In this document: positions 28,784 through 39,321 of the stretch, one piece after another | Numbering within the stretch: the stretch's first letter is position 1 | Layout of the letters: each line of letters begins with the position of its first letter | Assembly (NCBI GenBank): GCA_963769935.1 | Contig: CAVYNY010000010.1 | Location: 160,001 to 224,000, forward strand | Length of the DNA: 64,000 nucleotides | Source of the DNA: an uncultured delta proteobacterium | GTDB taxonomy: Bacteria; Desulfobacterota; Desulfobacteria; Desulfobacterales; JAFDCJ01 | Direction of reading: 5' to 3' | Program-made: the position numbers and the translations under genes | The notes under the pieces: model-generated | Databases searched by the model: none | What the model saw: the letters and a program-made list of their open reading frames with translations, nothing else | Told to the model about the DNA's origin: nothing

Positions 28784-30127
28784 ATGGCCGAGCAACCCCA
28801 AGATCATGTTCTTGGATTTTATTTGAACCGGAAATCCCCGTCAATTACTAAGGCCGAAGGTATCTACCTGTTTGACGACGAGGGCAATCGTTATATCGAC
28901 GCCAGCGGCGGCGCGATTGTCTGCAGCATCGGCCACGGAGTTGAAGAAATTGCCGAGGCAGTTGCGGCGCAGATGAAAAAAGTGGCCTTTGTTTTTCGGC
29001 GCGCTTTCCAGACGCCGGAGCTCGAGGAAGCGGCCGCCAGGGTTTGCGAGACTACCAACGGGGATATGGCTCGGGTGTTCTTTGTTTCCGGCGGGTCCGA
29101 GGCCACCGAAACAGCCGTCAAGCTGGCCCGCAAATATCACATCGACAACGGCCATCCTTCCAAGTTCAGGGTAATCTCCCGCTGGCAGAGCTATCACGGC
29201 GCCACCATGGGGGCCCTGTCCTGGTCGGGTTTCACCTCGCGCCGGGCTGATTTCACACCCTATCTGAAGGACTTTGTCCACCTGCCGGCAACATACTGCT
29301 ATCGCTGCTGGTACGGGAAATCGCCGGATACATGCGGCCAGGAATGCGCTCAGGCGCTGGAAAACGAAATTCTGGCCCTGGGTCCGGAAACGGTCTCCGC
29401 CTATATTGCCGAACCGGTTTCCGGTCATTCGCTGGGAGCCGCCTACCCGCCGGACGCCCACTTTAAACGCATCCGGGAAATCTGCGACCGCTATGATGTT
29501 TTGATGATTCTGGACGAGGTGATGAACGGCGTCGGCCGCACCGGTAAATGGTACGCCTATCAATACCATGGAGTGGTTCCGGACATTATCGCCCTGGCGA
29601 AAGGCTTGAGCGCCGGTTATTATCCGGTGGGCGCAGCCGTCGTCCGAGCCAAAATTCACGACACCATTGCCGGCAAATCCGGTGTCTTCGGATCCGGTCA
29701 TACCTATGGCGGCAACCCGGTGGCCGCGGCGGTGGTCTGCCGGGTAATCGACTATCTTAAAGAACACCGGCTGGTCGAACGCTGCGCCGCAATGGGGGCC
29801 TATTTAGCCGCCAAGCTGGAAACCTTAAAGTCTCATCCCTCGGTGGGCGACATCCGCGGCCGCGGACTTCAGTGGGGCATTGAATTTGTCAGGGATAAAA
29901 AAACCAGGGAAACTCTGGACCCTCAAATTCATTTTTCGCAGCAAATCCAGGACGAGGCGCTGCGGCGCGGTGTGCACATAGAATCCTCTTCCGGCTGCGA
30001 CCGCGGCCAGGCGGGAGACACGATTATTTTCGGCCCCCCTTTTATTATAACCGAAGAACAAATCGACGAGCTGGTTGGAATTATAGAGGAAACATTGTCG
30101 GTGGTTGAGCGGCGTATAGGTTTTTAA
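28784..30127 (+). CDS. Class III PLP-dependent aminotransferase
   Basis: YIDASGG, SGGSEATE, SYHGAT, DEVMNGVGRTG, AKGL and GHTY. Confidence 0.93.
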   Translation: MAEQPQDHVLGFYLNRKSPSITKAEGIYLFDDEGNRYIDASGGAIVCSIGHGVEEIAEAVAAQMKKVAFVFRRAFQTPELEEAAARVCETTNGDMARVFFVSGGSEATETAVKLARKYHIDNGHPSKFRVISRWQSYHGATMGALSWSGFTSRRADFTPYLKDFVHLPATYCYRCWYGKSPDTCGQECAQALENEILALGPETVSAYIAEPVSGHSLGAAYPPDAHFKRIREICDRYDVLMILDEVMNGVGRTGKWYAYQYHGVVPDIIALAKGLSAGYYPVGAAVVRAKIHDTIAGKSGVFGSGHTYGGNPVAAAVVCRVIDYLKEHRLVERCAAMGAYLAAKLETLKSHPSVGDIRGRGLQWGIEFVRDKKTRETLDPQIHFSQQIQDEALRRGVHIESSSGCDRGQAGDTIIFGPPFIITEEQIDELVGIIEETLSVVERRIGF

Positions 30128-30230
30128 CTGAAACCTTAAATGATATGGGTTTTTATGTATTCTGGGTATACTACCAGAAAGTCTTAAGAAGGGGAAAAGA
30201 GTCAGATCTTTTGAACTTGGAAAATTGATA

Positions 30231-30266
30231 ACCTTGTTCTTTTGAGGCCCTTGTGAAGAACAAGGT
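30231..30266. terminator. Hairpin between convergent aminotransferase and hipA
   Basis: 11-bp stem ACCTTGTTCTT/AAGAACAAGGT. Confidence 0.5.
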
Positions 30267-30271
30267 ACAAT

Positions 30272-31525
30272 CTAAAGATGGGTCCTTACATGCGTGATGT
30301 GGGTGTTTATGATTTTGCAGATTTGCTGAATCGTCTTCTCTCCGTTGTATTCCAATATGATGGAGTCTGCGATCCCTAACATATCTGATTCAAGTGCTCC
30401 GGCCATCTCCACTAAAAGCTTTTTTAAATAGGTAAATTTTAGGTCGAGTTGTTCCGCCATCTGTTGCCAGTGGCGTTCCATAATCCATTCAAATCGGGTT
30501 TCTTTCCCGATTTTCATAGCCATTTTTTTCGAAATTTCTGGATAAACCTTTGTTGAAATCAAATCGTAAAATGGCGCTAAACGAATGCTTCCATCTCTTT
30601 CCCGAATCAATGACAGATTTTTGCCATGGGCATCTGCATTGCCGATGAAATAATTAAACATGACCCATTTAACCAGCGCCTGTTTGTCCAAAATTGGTTG
30701 TGAGCTATATTTGTCGAGGATCTTGCAACACTCCGATAGACCGGGGCCCCCTTCGGCTTCATATTTTTGGTCAGGCATACAGCCCATCACCTGGCATAGA
30801 TCTTCCTGATGAAGTCGCTCTATTATTCCATCTCTCACTTTTACCCTGTCATAACGCTCTACGATGTATGCGATATGGTTTTTTCCTTTCCAGATAGAAG
30901 ACTTGGGTACTGTCAAAGATAAAACATCGGCGAGCCTCATACAAAAATGCTCATTTTGAATCACCTCGCCAAAATATGGTGATTGGGGTTTCAGGATATG
31001 AGAGCTTGGGGCAATCCCGAAGGTTAAGAAAAACCTGCCGTTATCAATATATACCGGAAGTTTATTCTGCGCTCCTGCGAGAGAAAGCCGTAGTTCGTCC
31101 TTTAGAATTAATACCGGCCGTATTGCATTCTCCGCGATGATATCTTCTACTTCCTGGTCTGATAAAGCGATGTAATCACTTTTTGTGTTGAGAGACCTGG
31201 ACGCTGGAACAATGGAGACCGCGCCGGCGCATTCCCCTCCGATTGCTTCTAGTAATTTAAAATCATTGTGCTCCGAAATTTGTTTTATTTTGGCGATCAG
31301 TGATCTAATTTCACCTTCCGGTAAAAGATTGCTGAAAAACGGCCTTGGTGTATCATTTATATAAGGCTCTTCCCTCAATGGTAGTGACAATGATAGAGGA
31401 ATTGCATCGCGGTCTTCTATATAACCAGGGTCATATTGGAAAGAAAATCGGCTGGTGTCATCGAGCCATAGCTGTCCTGCGAGAGAATTGTGCAGATATA
31501 CGCTCAATCTTTCCGATACCATCAT
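30272..31525 (-). CDS. hipA: HipA family Ser/Thr kinase toxin
   Basis: FFSNLLPEG, SLAGAQNK, HQEDLCQ, GNADAHGKNLS and LAPFYDL. Confidence 0.93.
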   Translation of the reverse strand: MMVSERLSVYLHNSLAGQLWLDDTSRFSFQYDPGYIEDRDAIPLSLSLPLREEPYINDTPRPFFSNLLPEGEIRSLIAKIKQISEHNDFKLLEAIGGECAGAVSIVPASRSLNTKSDYIALSDQEVEDIIAENAIRPVLILKDELRLSLAGAQNKLPVYIDNGRFFLTFGIAPSSHILKPQSPYFGEVIQNEHFCMRLADVLSLTVPKSSIWKGKNHIAYIVERYDRVKVRDGIIERLHQEDLCQVMGCMPDQKYEAEGGPGLSECCKILDKYSSQPILDKQALVKWVMFNYFIGNADAHGKNLSLIRERDGSIRLAPFYDLISTKVYPEISKKMAMKIGKETRFEWIMERHWQQMAEQLDLKFTYLKKLLVEMAGALESDMLGIADSIILEYNGEKTIQQICKIINTHITHVRTHL

Positions 31526-31770
31526 CTTCTTTCCCGGACGCCGAAAGTGAAGCCGAAGTGTTTTAACACTTTGAGTGTTTTATTAAAATGCATCGTCGGC
31601 TTTCCGTTTTCAAGCTCAGAAATGAATCGCGTTCCGACATTGCACAGCCCGGCGGCATCGCTCTGAGTTAACTTCATTTGTTTGCGCTTTGCGCGCACCA
31701 TGGCTCCGATGGTTTTTAGGTCGGCAATTTCCACCCAAGTATTGCTGTTATTTTGTATTGTTTGTGCCAT
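31522..31770 (-). CDS. hipB: HipB-like XRE antitoxin
   Basis: LTQSDAAGLCNVGTRFISELENGK HTH; overlaps the hipA start. Confidence 0.9.
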   Translation of the reverse strand: MAQTIQNNSNTWVEIADLKTIGAMVRAKRKQMKLTQSDAAGLCNVGTRFISELENGKPTMHFNKTLKVLKHFGFTFGVRERR

Positions 31771-31782
31771 TTTAAAATTTTT

Positions 31783-31947
31783 AGCTCGAACGGGAAAAAT
31801 AATAAATATTATTTGAAATTAAAATGCAATTACTCCCTATCGGGATAAATTATTATCAACATTGTGATTTGTTATATTTTATTACTGATCGGGAAAATTC
31901 ATTGAAAGAAAAGGCTGAATGATAAAAATATTACCGATCGGTAATAT
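31783..31947. promoter_or_regulatory. Array of four putative HipB operators
   Basis: Cores CTCGAACGGGAA, CCCTATCGGGAT, TACTGATCGGGAA and the perfect palindrome ATATTACCGATCGGTAATAT (31928-31947). CGG positions 31791, 31841, 31890 and 31939. Confidence 0.75.
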
Positions 31948-32200
31948 ATTCTATCCCATTGTTAATGTCAATAAATAAAATCCCGGGATCGCTTGTACCA
32001 AAAAGCCGGGGTGTTTATCCATACCGACGAGCTTGGGGATTGTGTTAACCGGGTCTATCCTATTAATTTGTAAATTAAGATATTGCAGCCAATTTTTATT
32101 TGGTTTATAGCCAGAGCGAAGCTCTGAATATTCATTTCTAATGTTAACCCTGACAAATTCTTTTAATTTTAAAACGCCAAAAAAGTAAGGGAAATACGCG

Positions 32201-33875
32201 ATGAGCAAAAGAAGCGATCTAATGACCAAAGGCCCGGAACGGGCGCCCCATCGTTCGCTGCTGCGCGCCGAAGGATTCACCGACTGGGAAATGGAGCGGC
32301 CGATGATCGGCATCGCCAATTCCTTTAACGAAATCATCCCGGGGCACATGCACCTCGACAAGCTGGTGGATGCCGTCAAAGCCGGTATTTATGCCGCCGG
32401 CGGAACGCCGGTGGTATTCAACACCATCGGCGTGTGCGACGGCATTGCCATGAACCATGTGGGCATGAAATATTCGCTGCCCAGCCGGGAATTGATTGCC
32501 GACTCACTGGAAATCATGGCGACCGCCCATCCGTTTGACGGTCTGGTTTTAATGTCCTCCTGCGACAAGATCATCCCGGGCATGCTGATTGCAGCGGCCC
32601 GGTTGAACATTCCCTCCATTTTTCTTATCCGGCGGCCCCATGCTGCCGGGAAAGGTTCAGGGCAAGGACACCGGTCTGGACAAAGTCTTTGAGGCGGTCG
32701 GCCGCTTTAAAAGCGGCAAGATATCCGAACAGGAATTAACCGAATTTGAATGTAAGGCCTGTCCGGGGGCCGGTTCCTGTTCGGGGATGTTCACGGCCAA
32801 CACCATGAGCAATCTGGCGGAAGCACTGGGCATGGCGCTGCCGTTTAACGGCAGCGCGCCGGCGGTGTTCGCCGAAAGGGTCTGGCTGGCCAAACAAACC
32901 GGCTACAAAGCGGTCGAGCTGGTGAAAGCCGGAATTAAACCCAGGGATATCATGACCAAAGAGGCTTTTTACAATACCATTGCGGCCGACATGGCCCTGG
33001 GCGGTTCCACCAACACGGCCCTGCACATCCCGGCCATCGCCTACTATACCGAAATCGATATGACCCTTAAAGATTTTGGAAAAGTCTCCAAAAAAATCCC
33101 CCACTTGACTTCCATTGCGCCGGCCGGTCCCCATCATGTGGTGGACTTTTTTTATGCCGGCGGCATTCCGGCCATTATGGCGGAACTGAAACGATCCGGA
33201 TTGATTGATGAAAAAACCCTGACGGTTTACGGCAAACCGCTGGGCGAGATGCTGGTCGAGATCCAGGCCGGCATTAAGGATCCGGCGGTCATTCGTTCGA
33301 CCGAAAAACCGGTCCATCCCACCGGCGGTCTGGCCGTCTTAACCGGCAACCTGGCGCCGGACGGCGCCATTGTCAAACAGGCCGCCGTGGCCGATGAAAT
33401 GCTCAAGCATTCCGGCCCGGCCCGTGTTTTCAGCTCCGAAGAAGAGGCCTTTCAAGCCATCATGGACGCCAAGATCAAAAAGGGTGAAGTGATCGTCGTC
33501 CGCTACGAAGGCCCCCGGGGCGGACCCGGCATGCAGGAAATGCTCTCGCCCACCGCCGCCCTGGCCGGCATGGGAATGGACCGGGAGGTGGCGCTGATTA
33601 CCGACGGGCGCTTTTCAGGCGCCAGCCGCGGATCCGCCATCGGCCATGTCTCGCCGGAAGCCGCCGCCAAAGGCCCCATCGCCGCCATCAAAGATGGCGA
33701 CATCATCGACATCGACATCCCCAACAACAAGCTGGACGTGCGGCTGTCGGAAGATGAGATTCAAAAAAGGCTGGCCGCCCTGCCCGAATTTGAGCCTAAA
33801 ATAAAGAGCGGCTACCTGGCCCGATACGCGACCATGGTGTCCAGTGCGGACAAGGGGGCGGTGTTTCCGAGATAG
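32201..33875 (+). CDS. ilvD: Dihydroxy-acid dehydratase, with an apparent +1 frameshift at 32619-32623
   Basis: [39 protein letters not shown] and [12 protein letters not shown]. Removing one T restores IFLSGGPM. Confidence 0.92.
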
Positions 33876-33992
33876 ATGGGATGCCGGGCACTGATTACTT
33901 GTCACGGGTCTCTGGTTACCGGCTGTATTTGGTTGCCAATTATGAAACGGAACCCACACTATCAAAACCGCACGCAAAACGATTGCTAATCG

Positions 33993-34118
33993 GATGCCGG
34001 TGCCGCCGGCTTTCAGGCTGCCGACATATACGCGGCAGTCGGGCGCCTCGTTGAAACACTCAATAAGGCTTCCCCAATTCCGGCTTTTGCCCGTCAGACA
34101 GACACAGCCCACTTTCAG
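33993..34118 (-). repeat. 126-bp copy of an internal segment of the SNF2 helicase gene (50948-51073)
   Basis: Direct repeat with 125/126 identity (A34076 vs G51031), offset 16955 bp. Confidence 0.95.
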
Positions 34119-34147
34119 TCGCCGGCGAGCCCCCCGGCGAAAAAAGG

Positions 34148-34204
34148 TTGACATCCATCGGGCAATGGAATAGGTGAGATTATTAATAATCTTGTTAATA
34201 AAAA
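34148..34204 (+). promoter_or_regulatory. Putative GntR promoter/operator
   Basis: TTGACA at 34148 and perfect palindrome AGATTATTAATAATCT (34177-34192), followed by a degenerate second site. Confidence 0.55.
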
Positions 34205-34308
34205 TTGCCATCCTTCGCATGTTATCCTTTTGCATGCCGCACGCAATGAATGTATGGTCATCGAGCCTTTAATCGGTGTTTGACTGAACTGCAAGGATAA
34301 TCCTATCG

Positions 34309-34965
34309 ATGCCTGCTTCCAAGCATCACGACTTTGAAATGATCCTGGATAAAATTGAAGGCGACATCCTTTCGGGACGCTTGATGCCTGAACAACGGCT
34401 CATCGAGAGCGAACTCATGCAGCGCTATCGAGTGACCCGCGGCACCATTCGCAAGGTCATCAAAGAGCTGGACTTCAAACAGCTTGTCAAGCATCACTCA
34501 AACCGCGGCGCGGTGGTCGCCAATCCCTCCAAAAAAGAGATGGAGGATATTTTTCGGGCGCGCGCAGTGCTCGAGGCTTCCGCCGTCGAAGGTGTCATCC
34601 GAAATATTGACGCAGACGCCCTGCGTCGATCCGCGGCATATGCCCAGGCTTTTGAAGAGGCCTTTAAAGAGCATAATCTGAGAGCCATGATCGCCTGCAA
34701 CCGGCTGTTTCATCAAACCATTTTCGACACGTGCGGCAATGGTACCATTGCCGAGTTGATCGATCAACTCAGAAAAAGGTCCCACATATGGCAGCACTAT
34801 ATCGTCGGCTATCCGCAGAGGATGAAGGCAACTTTTGCACAGCACAACGAGATTCTGTCCTGCATTGAAAACAGGGATGCCGCTCAGCTGAAGCAGATTA
34901 ATGAGGAACATTTAATGGAAGGCTACAACAGTTTCATGGAAGACTTGCGGCGCTCACAGGAATAG
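34309..34965 (+). CDS. GntR family regulator (FCD domain)
   Basis: ILSGRLMPEQRLIESELMQRYRVTRGTIR, RAVLE, NRLFH and QHNEI. Confidence 0.9.
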   Translation: MPASKHHDFEMILDKIEGDILSGRLMPEQRLIESELMQRYRVTRGTIRKVIKELDFKQLVKHHSNRGAVVANPSKKEMEDIFRARAVLEASAVEGVIRNIDADALRRSAAYAQAFEEAFKEHNLRAMIACNRLFHQTIFDTCGNGTIAELIDQLRKRSHIWQHYIVGYPQRMKATFAQHNEILSCIENRDAAQLKQINEEHLMEGYNSFMEDLRRSQE

Positions 34966-35058
34966 CCCGGTCGAAAGGGGGTCGTCGGCAAATCGGTGCA
35001 GGGAAAAAATCACTGTAACGGAAGTGCTTCCAATAATTTAAACGAGGAGGAATTTGTA

Positions 35059-35953
35059 ATGAAACAAAAATTTATACCGATGGCATTATGTATGGCACTG
35101 CTCGCTCTGCCTTTTTCCACTGCCGGAGCAGCTTCGGCACCCAAACACAAGGAGGTAAAGCTTACCCTGTATACTATGTCCTCCGGGGGTATTGTTTATA
35201 CCTTGGGATTTGCCTTGGCTGAATTGATAAATAAAAATTCTGAATGGCTCAGATGCAACGCCGTTGAAACCGCCAGCACGTTTGAAAATTTGAATTATAT
35301 CGTTGGTCATGCCGACAAAAAGGATACCTACATCGGATCGGCGGTGACCATCGGGGTCGACCAGCTGGCAATGGGCATGAAACCCTATGACAAATTGGGT
35401 CCTTGGAAGAAAACCAAATGGCTCAGCCTGATGGCCAACATCGGCTCCCCTCAGATCACGCTGGATCCCAATATCAAAACCTGGCACGATCTGGACGGCA
35501 AAACCTATGGGGTTGGATACCATGGGATCGACCAATCAGTTCATGCAGGAATGGCTCATGGACTATGCCTGGAAGGATAAGGACAAGATCAGACTCGTCT
35601 ATGGCAACTCAGCCAATATGGCCGTTGACCGTCTGCTGGACGGCACCATTGACGTTACCTGGACCGGAGCGGTAATGACCGGCGCCGGGGAATACAAGGA
35701 CTGGAAACCCATGCCGCCCTTTGAAAGGCTCCTGGCCGCCAGACCGGTGTATATCATGGAGCTGGATGAAAAAGATATCGCCATCGCCAGAGAAAAGACC
35801 GGAGCGGAGTCCTTGTCCCTGATCGGGGGCAAGGCCCAGACCATCGGCAAATCAAATATTCCCCAATGGAAGGGGCTGCGGAACTCCCTCGGCTGGCTGG
35901 TGCAGGAGGATATGGACGATGAGATCGTCACGGAAATGATTCGGATTATCTAG
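35059..35953 (+). pseudogene. TAXI-family TRAP substrate-binding protein, frameshifted (G4 at 35509-35512) and apparently C-terminally truncated
   Basis: AGGAGG RBS, signal peptide, SSGGIVY...LAELINK, ETASTFEN, IKTWHDLDGK and VQEDMDDEIVTEMIRII then stop. No TRAP permease follows. Confidence 0.7.
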
Positions 35954-35987
35954 AACTTTCACTTCCAAAGACCAACCCTGCACGGGT

Positions 35988-37442
35988 CTATCTGATAGCG
36001 GAGGCCGAAAGCGCCTCGCTGCGAATCTTTGGCGGGGCGCTGTCCAGCCAGGCGCCGGAGAAGCCGGCGCGGCGAAGTCCGATTTTGATGTGCTCGTTTC
36101 GCTTCATCAGGCTCCAAACCATGCCGGTTCGATAATTTTCGATCATCAACAATATCGGCCCCTGGTCAATGGCCAGGTAGTTATTGGCGAACCAGCCTTG
36201 TGAGCTTGACGACGCATTGCGATAGGAAAGATTAAAGGCATCCTTGAAGCCGTATTTTCCATAAGTTCGATCGCCGAGGCCTTCATAAATATTTTCCAGG
36301 GTCGGGACGGCTATCTCAGGAGCGAACGCTATGGAGCCGCCGGCAGCAGTGGGAGCAATGGTCCCGTCGTCGCGAATATAGTCGGTACTGCAGCCGCGCG
36401 CCCAGTAACTGTGGAAATTCCCCTTTTGCTTCCGCCCTTTAATGGGTCCGTCCGAGGCCGTCAGCCCCCACAACAGATCGCTGTACCCGCGCCATTTTTT
36501 GGGATTGTCGATGCAGTAGGCACGGTTGGCGTACGTAGCCCGCCGGGAATTTATAAAATAGTTGATCCCTTTTGAGCGCATATACTTGTCTTGAATAGTT
36601 CGAAAGTCGATCCATAAATGCGAATATTGATGTCCGAAGAGCGGTCCGAAATTCACATGCGAGTAACCGTAAAAGCTGTCCCATTCATAGGTGGACGTCC
36701 ATTTGTCCCATGCACCCTGATCAATTGCATGCGTCGGCGAAGCCAAGGCCAGAATATAGAGGATCATGGCCTCGTTGTATCCGCTCCAGGAATAAGGGAT
36801 AAATCCGCTTTCCGGAAGCCAGCCCATGCTAAGCAATGGTTTACGTAGCCGGGAATAGGCCCAGCGCCAATCGACTCTGCGATAGAGGGCCTCTGCGTAA
36901 TCTCGAATTTTGCACTCTGCCACCGTGTCTTTGTCAAAATAGGTTTCTGAAGAAAGTATGCCGGCCATCAGCAGCGCGGTGTCAATAGTCGAGAGTTCGA
37001 CAGCGGCCCAACGGTCGCCGCCGGCCGTACTTAGGAAATGGTAGAAAAAGCCTTTGTATCCCGCTACCTTTTTCCGTTCGGGGCCTTGCGGTGCCCGCCA
37101 CAAGAAATTCAAGGTGGTCAGCGTTCGGTCAGCGGCCTGGGACCGCGTGATGTAGCCACGCTCGACTCCAACCAGGTAGGCCGTCAGCGCAAACCCCACG
37201 CCCGCAACGCTTGAGATTTCAGCATCCGGAAAGCGGTCCGGCGTGAGTCCGTTTTCTGCGTTGGTCGCTTCCCAGAAAAAGTTAAAGGTGTCGTGCTGTA
37301 CGGTTTCCAAAAACGATTGCTGTTTTACAGAAATCTTCGATTTTCGGATTTCCGGCGGCGCAGCAAAACCGGCTAACGCCAGGCCGAAAAGCAACAGAAA
37401 CAATGACAGCAGAAAAACACAGGCCGCAAGGTTCCGAATCAT
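35988..37442 (-). CDS. Exported glucoamylase-domain protein, GH144-like endo-beta-1,2-glucanase
   Basis: NGLTPDR, SVAGVGFAL, GYKGFFYHF, ELSTIDTALL, YNEAMILY, FGHQYSH, WGLTASDG and IDQGPILLMIENYR. Signal peptide from ATG at 37442. Confidence 0.85.
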   Translation of the reverse strand: MIRNLAACVFLLSLFLLLFGLALAGFAAPPEIRKSKISVKQQSFLETVQHDTFNFFWEATNAENGLTPDRFPDAEISSVAGVGFALTAYLVGVERGYITRSQAADRTLTTLNFLWRAPQGPERKKVAGYKGFFYHFLSTAGGDRWAAVELSTIDTALLMAGILSSETYFDKDTVAECKIRDYAEALYRRVDWRWAYSRLRKPLLSMGWLPESGFIPYSWSGYNEAMILYILALASPTHAIDQGAWDKWTSTYEWDSFYGYSHVNFGPLFGHQYSHLWIDFRTIQDKYMRSKGINYFINSRRATYANRAYCIDNPKKWRGYSDLLWGLTASDGPIKGRKQKGNFHSYWARGCSTDYIRDDGTIAPTAAGGSIAFAPEIAVPTLENIYEGLGDRTYGKYGFKDAFNLSYRNASSSSQGWFANNYLAIDQGPILLMIENYRTGMVWSLMKRNEHIKIGLRRAGFSGAWLDSAPPKIRSEALSASAIR

Positions 37443-37932
37443 ATCCTTTTTAAACAAAGTAGACAAAAGCTCCTTTTTATTAATCTTTAAGTGTTGTAAA
37501 GATGACACTTGCGCGTCAAGGATGAATTCCATTCCAGTGCTGCCGGGGAATGGGTCGGCGGCGCCGCCGGCTGACGCCGTCGGGCACAGCTCGAAGCCAT
37601 CCGCACGCGCACGGTTTCAAGAAAACTAATCCGGGACGGCGCTCGTTCGGATGACGAGCTGCCCGGCACCCTGGAAAGCAAACCTGTACACGTTCCATTT
37701 TTTGTGATATAAATACGATCGCACATCCTAGTTCACTTCGGTAAAAATCCAGATATTTAGATCGAATCACGAGCAGTTTAAAGCTTGGGCAAGACTATAG
37801 GGGCGGAACCGGCGCCCCCGGATTCAGGCTAAAGTGGAAAACGCCATGTTGCGCTGCTGCGGAACCTTTGCGCCGAGAAGCGGGTTTGGTTTTTAATTGC
37901 AGCTTTAGCCTGCCGACACTGTAAAACATGCA

Positions 37933-39321
37933 ATGTTTATGCCATCGATTTCCCATACTCATGGAGGCCTCGCACAAACAGATTTTCGTTCCCTCTGCCG
38001 AGGGGCAGGGGGCAAAGAAGCCTGGAAATCGCGCGTCCTTCCGAACACGGGTCGATTGTTCCGCGCCTGGATTGCGGGGCTGGTCGGCGTCATGCTCTTG
38101 CTTGCCGGATGCGAGGGCGCCGGCCAGGAACACACGATTACCTTCTGGGCCATGGGGCGCGAAGGCGAAACCGTCCGCCAACTGATTACAGGCTTCGAGA
38201 GCGAGCACCCGGGGATGCGGGTCGATTTGCAAACGCTGCCATGGACGGGCGCGCACCAAAAACTGCTGACCGCATTCGCCGGCGGTTCCACGCCGGATCT
38301 GTGCCAGCTCGGCAACACCTGGATCCCCGAATTGACGACGCTCAACGCCCTGACGCCGCTCGGGACGATGATCGAGACCTCCCGCGTCGTCAAGCCGGAA
38401 GACTACTTCCCGGGGATCTGGAACACCAACCGTGTCGACGGCAGGATTTACGGCGTACCGTGGTACGTCGATACGCGATTGCTTTTCTATCGGCGCGATC
38501 TGCTGGCCAAGGCCGGCTTCGACCGACCGCCGCACGACTGGTCCGAGTGGATGAGCCAATTGGCGGCGATCAAAGCCATGGTCGGGCCGCGGCGCTTTGC
38601 GGTGTTGCTGCCGCTAAACGAATTTGAGCAACTGCTGTGCCTGGGCTTGCAGCAGCCCGCGCCCCTGCTGCGCGCTGGCGACCGCTACGGCAACTTCGAG
38701 AGCTCCGGCTTCAAGAATGCGCTGCGCTTCTATGTGAACATGTTTCGCAACGGCTGGGCGCCGCTGGAGACGGCCAATCAAATCGCCAACGTGTGGACCG
38801 AATTTGCACGCGGCTACTACAGCTTTTACATCTCCGGTCCGTGGAACATCGCCGAGTTCAAGGCGCGCATGCCGGCCGGCCTTAAGGATGCTTGGACGAC
38901 CGCCCCGCTGCCGGGACCGAACGGACCCGGAGTTTCTTTTGCGGGAGGTTCCAGCCTGGTGATCTTCAAGGCCTCGTCCCATAAGCGCGCCGCCTGGCAA
39001 TTGATCGAGTATCTCTCCAGACCGGATGTGCAGCGCCGATTCTATCGCCTTGTCGGCGACATGCCGCCGCGGCGCAGCACTTGGGACGAATTCAATCTGG
39101 CCGAAGATCCTTATGCCCGCGCCTTCCGCGATCAGCTTGAACGCGTCAAGCCGACGCCGAATGTACCGGAATGGGAACGCATCGCCACCCAGCTGCGTCT
39201 GGTGGGCGAACGGTTGGCCCACGGCCGGCTGACCGTCGATCAAGCAGCTGAGGAGCTTGACCGCCGCACCGACGAAATCCTGGCGAAGCGCCGCTGGATA
39301 CTTGCGCAGGGAGCCCGATGA
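37933..39321 (+). CDS. Sugar ABC transporter substrate-binding lipoprotein (start uncertain)
   Basis: Lipobox LLAG-C; FWAMGREGE, KLLTAFAGG and YGVPWYVDTRLLFYR. Confidence 0.9.
   Translation: MFMPSISHTHGGLAQTDFRSLCRGAGGKEAWKSRVLPNTGRLFRAWIAGLVGVMLLLAGCEGAGQEHTITFWAMGREGETVRQLITGFESEHPGMRVDLQTLPWTGAHQKLLTAFAGGSTPDLCQLGNTWIPELTTLNALTPLGTMIETSRVVKPEDYFPGIWNTNRVDGRIYGVPWYVDTRLLFYRRDLLAKAGFDRPPHDWSEWMSQLAAIKAMVGPRRFAVLLPLNEFEQLLCLGLQQPAPLLRAGDRYGNFESSGFKNALRFYVNMFRNGWAPLETANQIANVWTEFARGYYSFYISGPWNIAEFKARMPAGLKDAWTTAPLPGPNGPGVSFAGGSSLVIFKASSHKRAAWQLIEYLSRPDVQRRFYRLVGDMPPRRSTWDEFNLAEDPYARAFRDQLERVKPTPNVPEWERIATQLRLVGERLAHGRLTVDQAAEELDRRTDEILAKRRWILAQGAR

Noticed and set aside
31783..31947. CRISPR-like periodic repeats
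   Set aside because: Short degenerate palindromes in the hipB promoter, better explained as operators.
33993..34118. Diversity-generating retroelement template/variable repeat pair
   Set aside because: Only one mismatch, which is T/C on the coding strand rather than adenine-specific. There is no reverse transcriptase in the window, and the target is a conserved helicase motif.
33615..34235. 206-aa minus-strand ORF containing SNF2-like sequence
   Set aside because: Chimera of the 126-bp repeat, intergenic DNA and the antisense of ilvD.
37825..37912. c-di-GMP-I riboswitch between the GH144-like gene and the ABC operon
   Set aside because: Only partial CAAACC/GGCGCAAAG similarity, with no GNRA tetraloop stem. 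A 10-bp inverted repeat (CAGGCTAAAG/CTTTAGCCTG) is real but unexplained.
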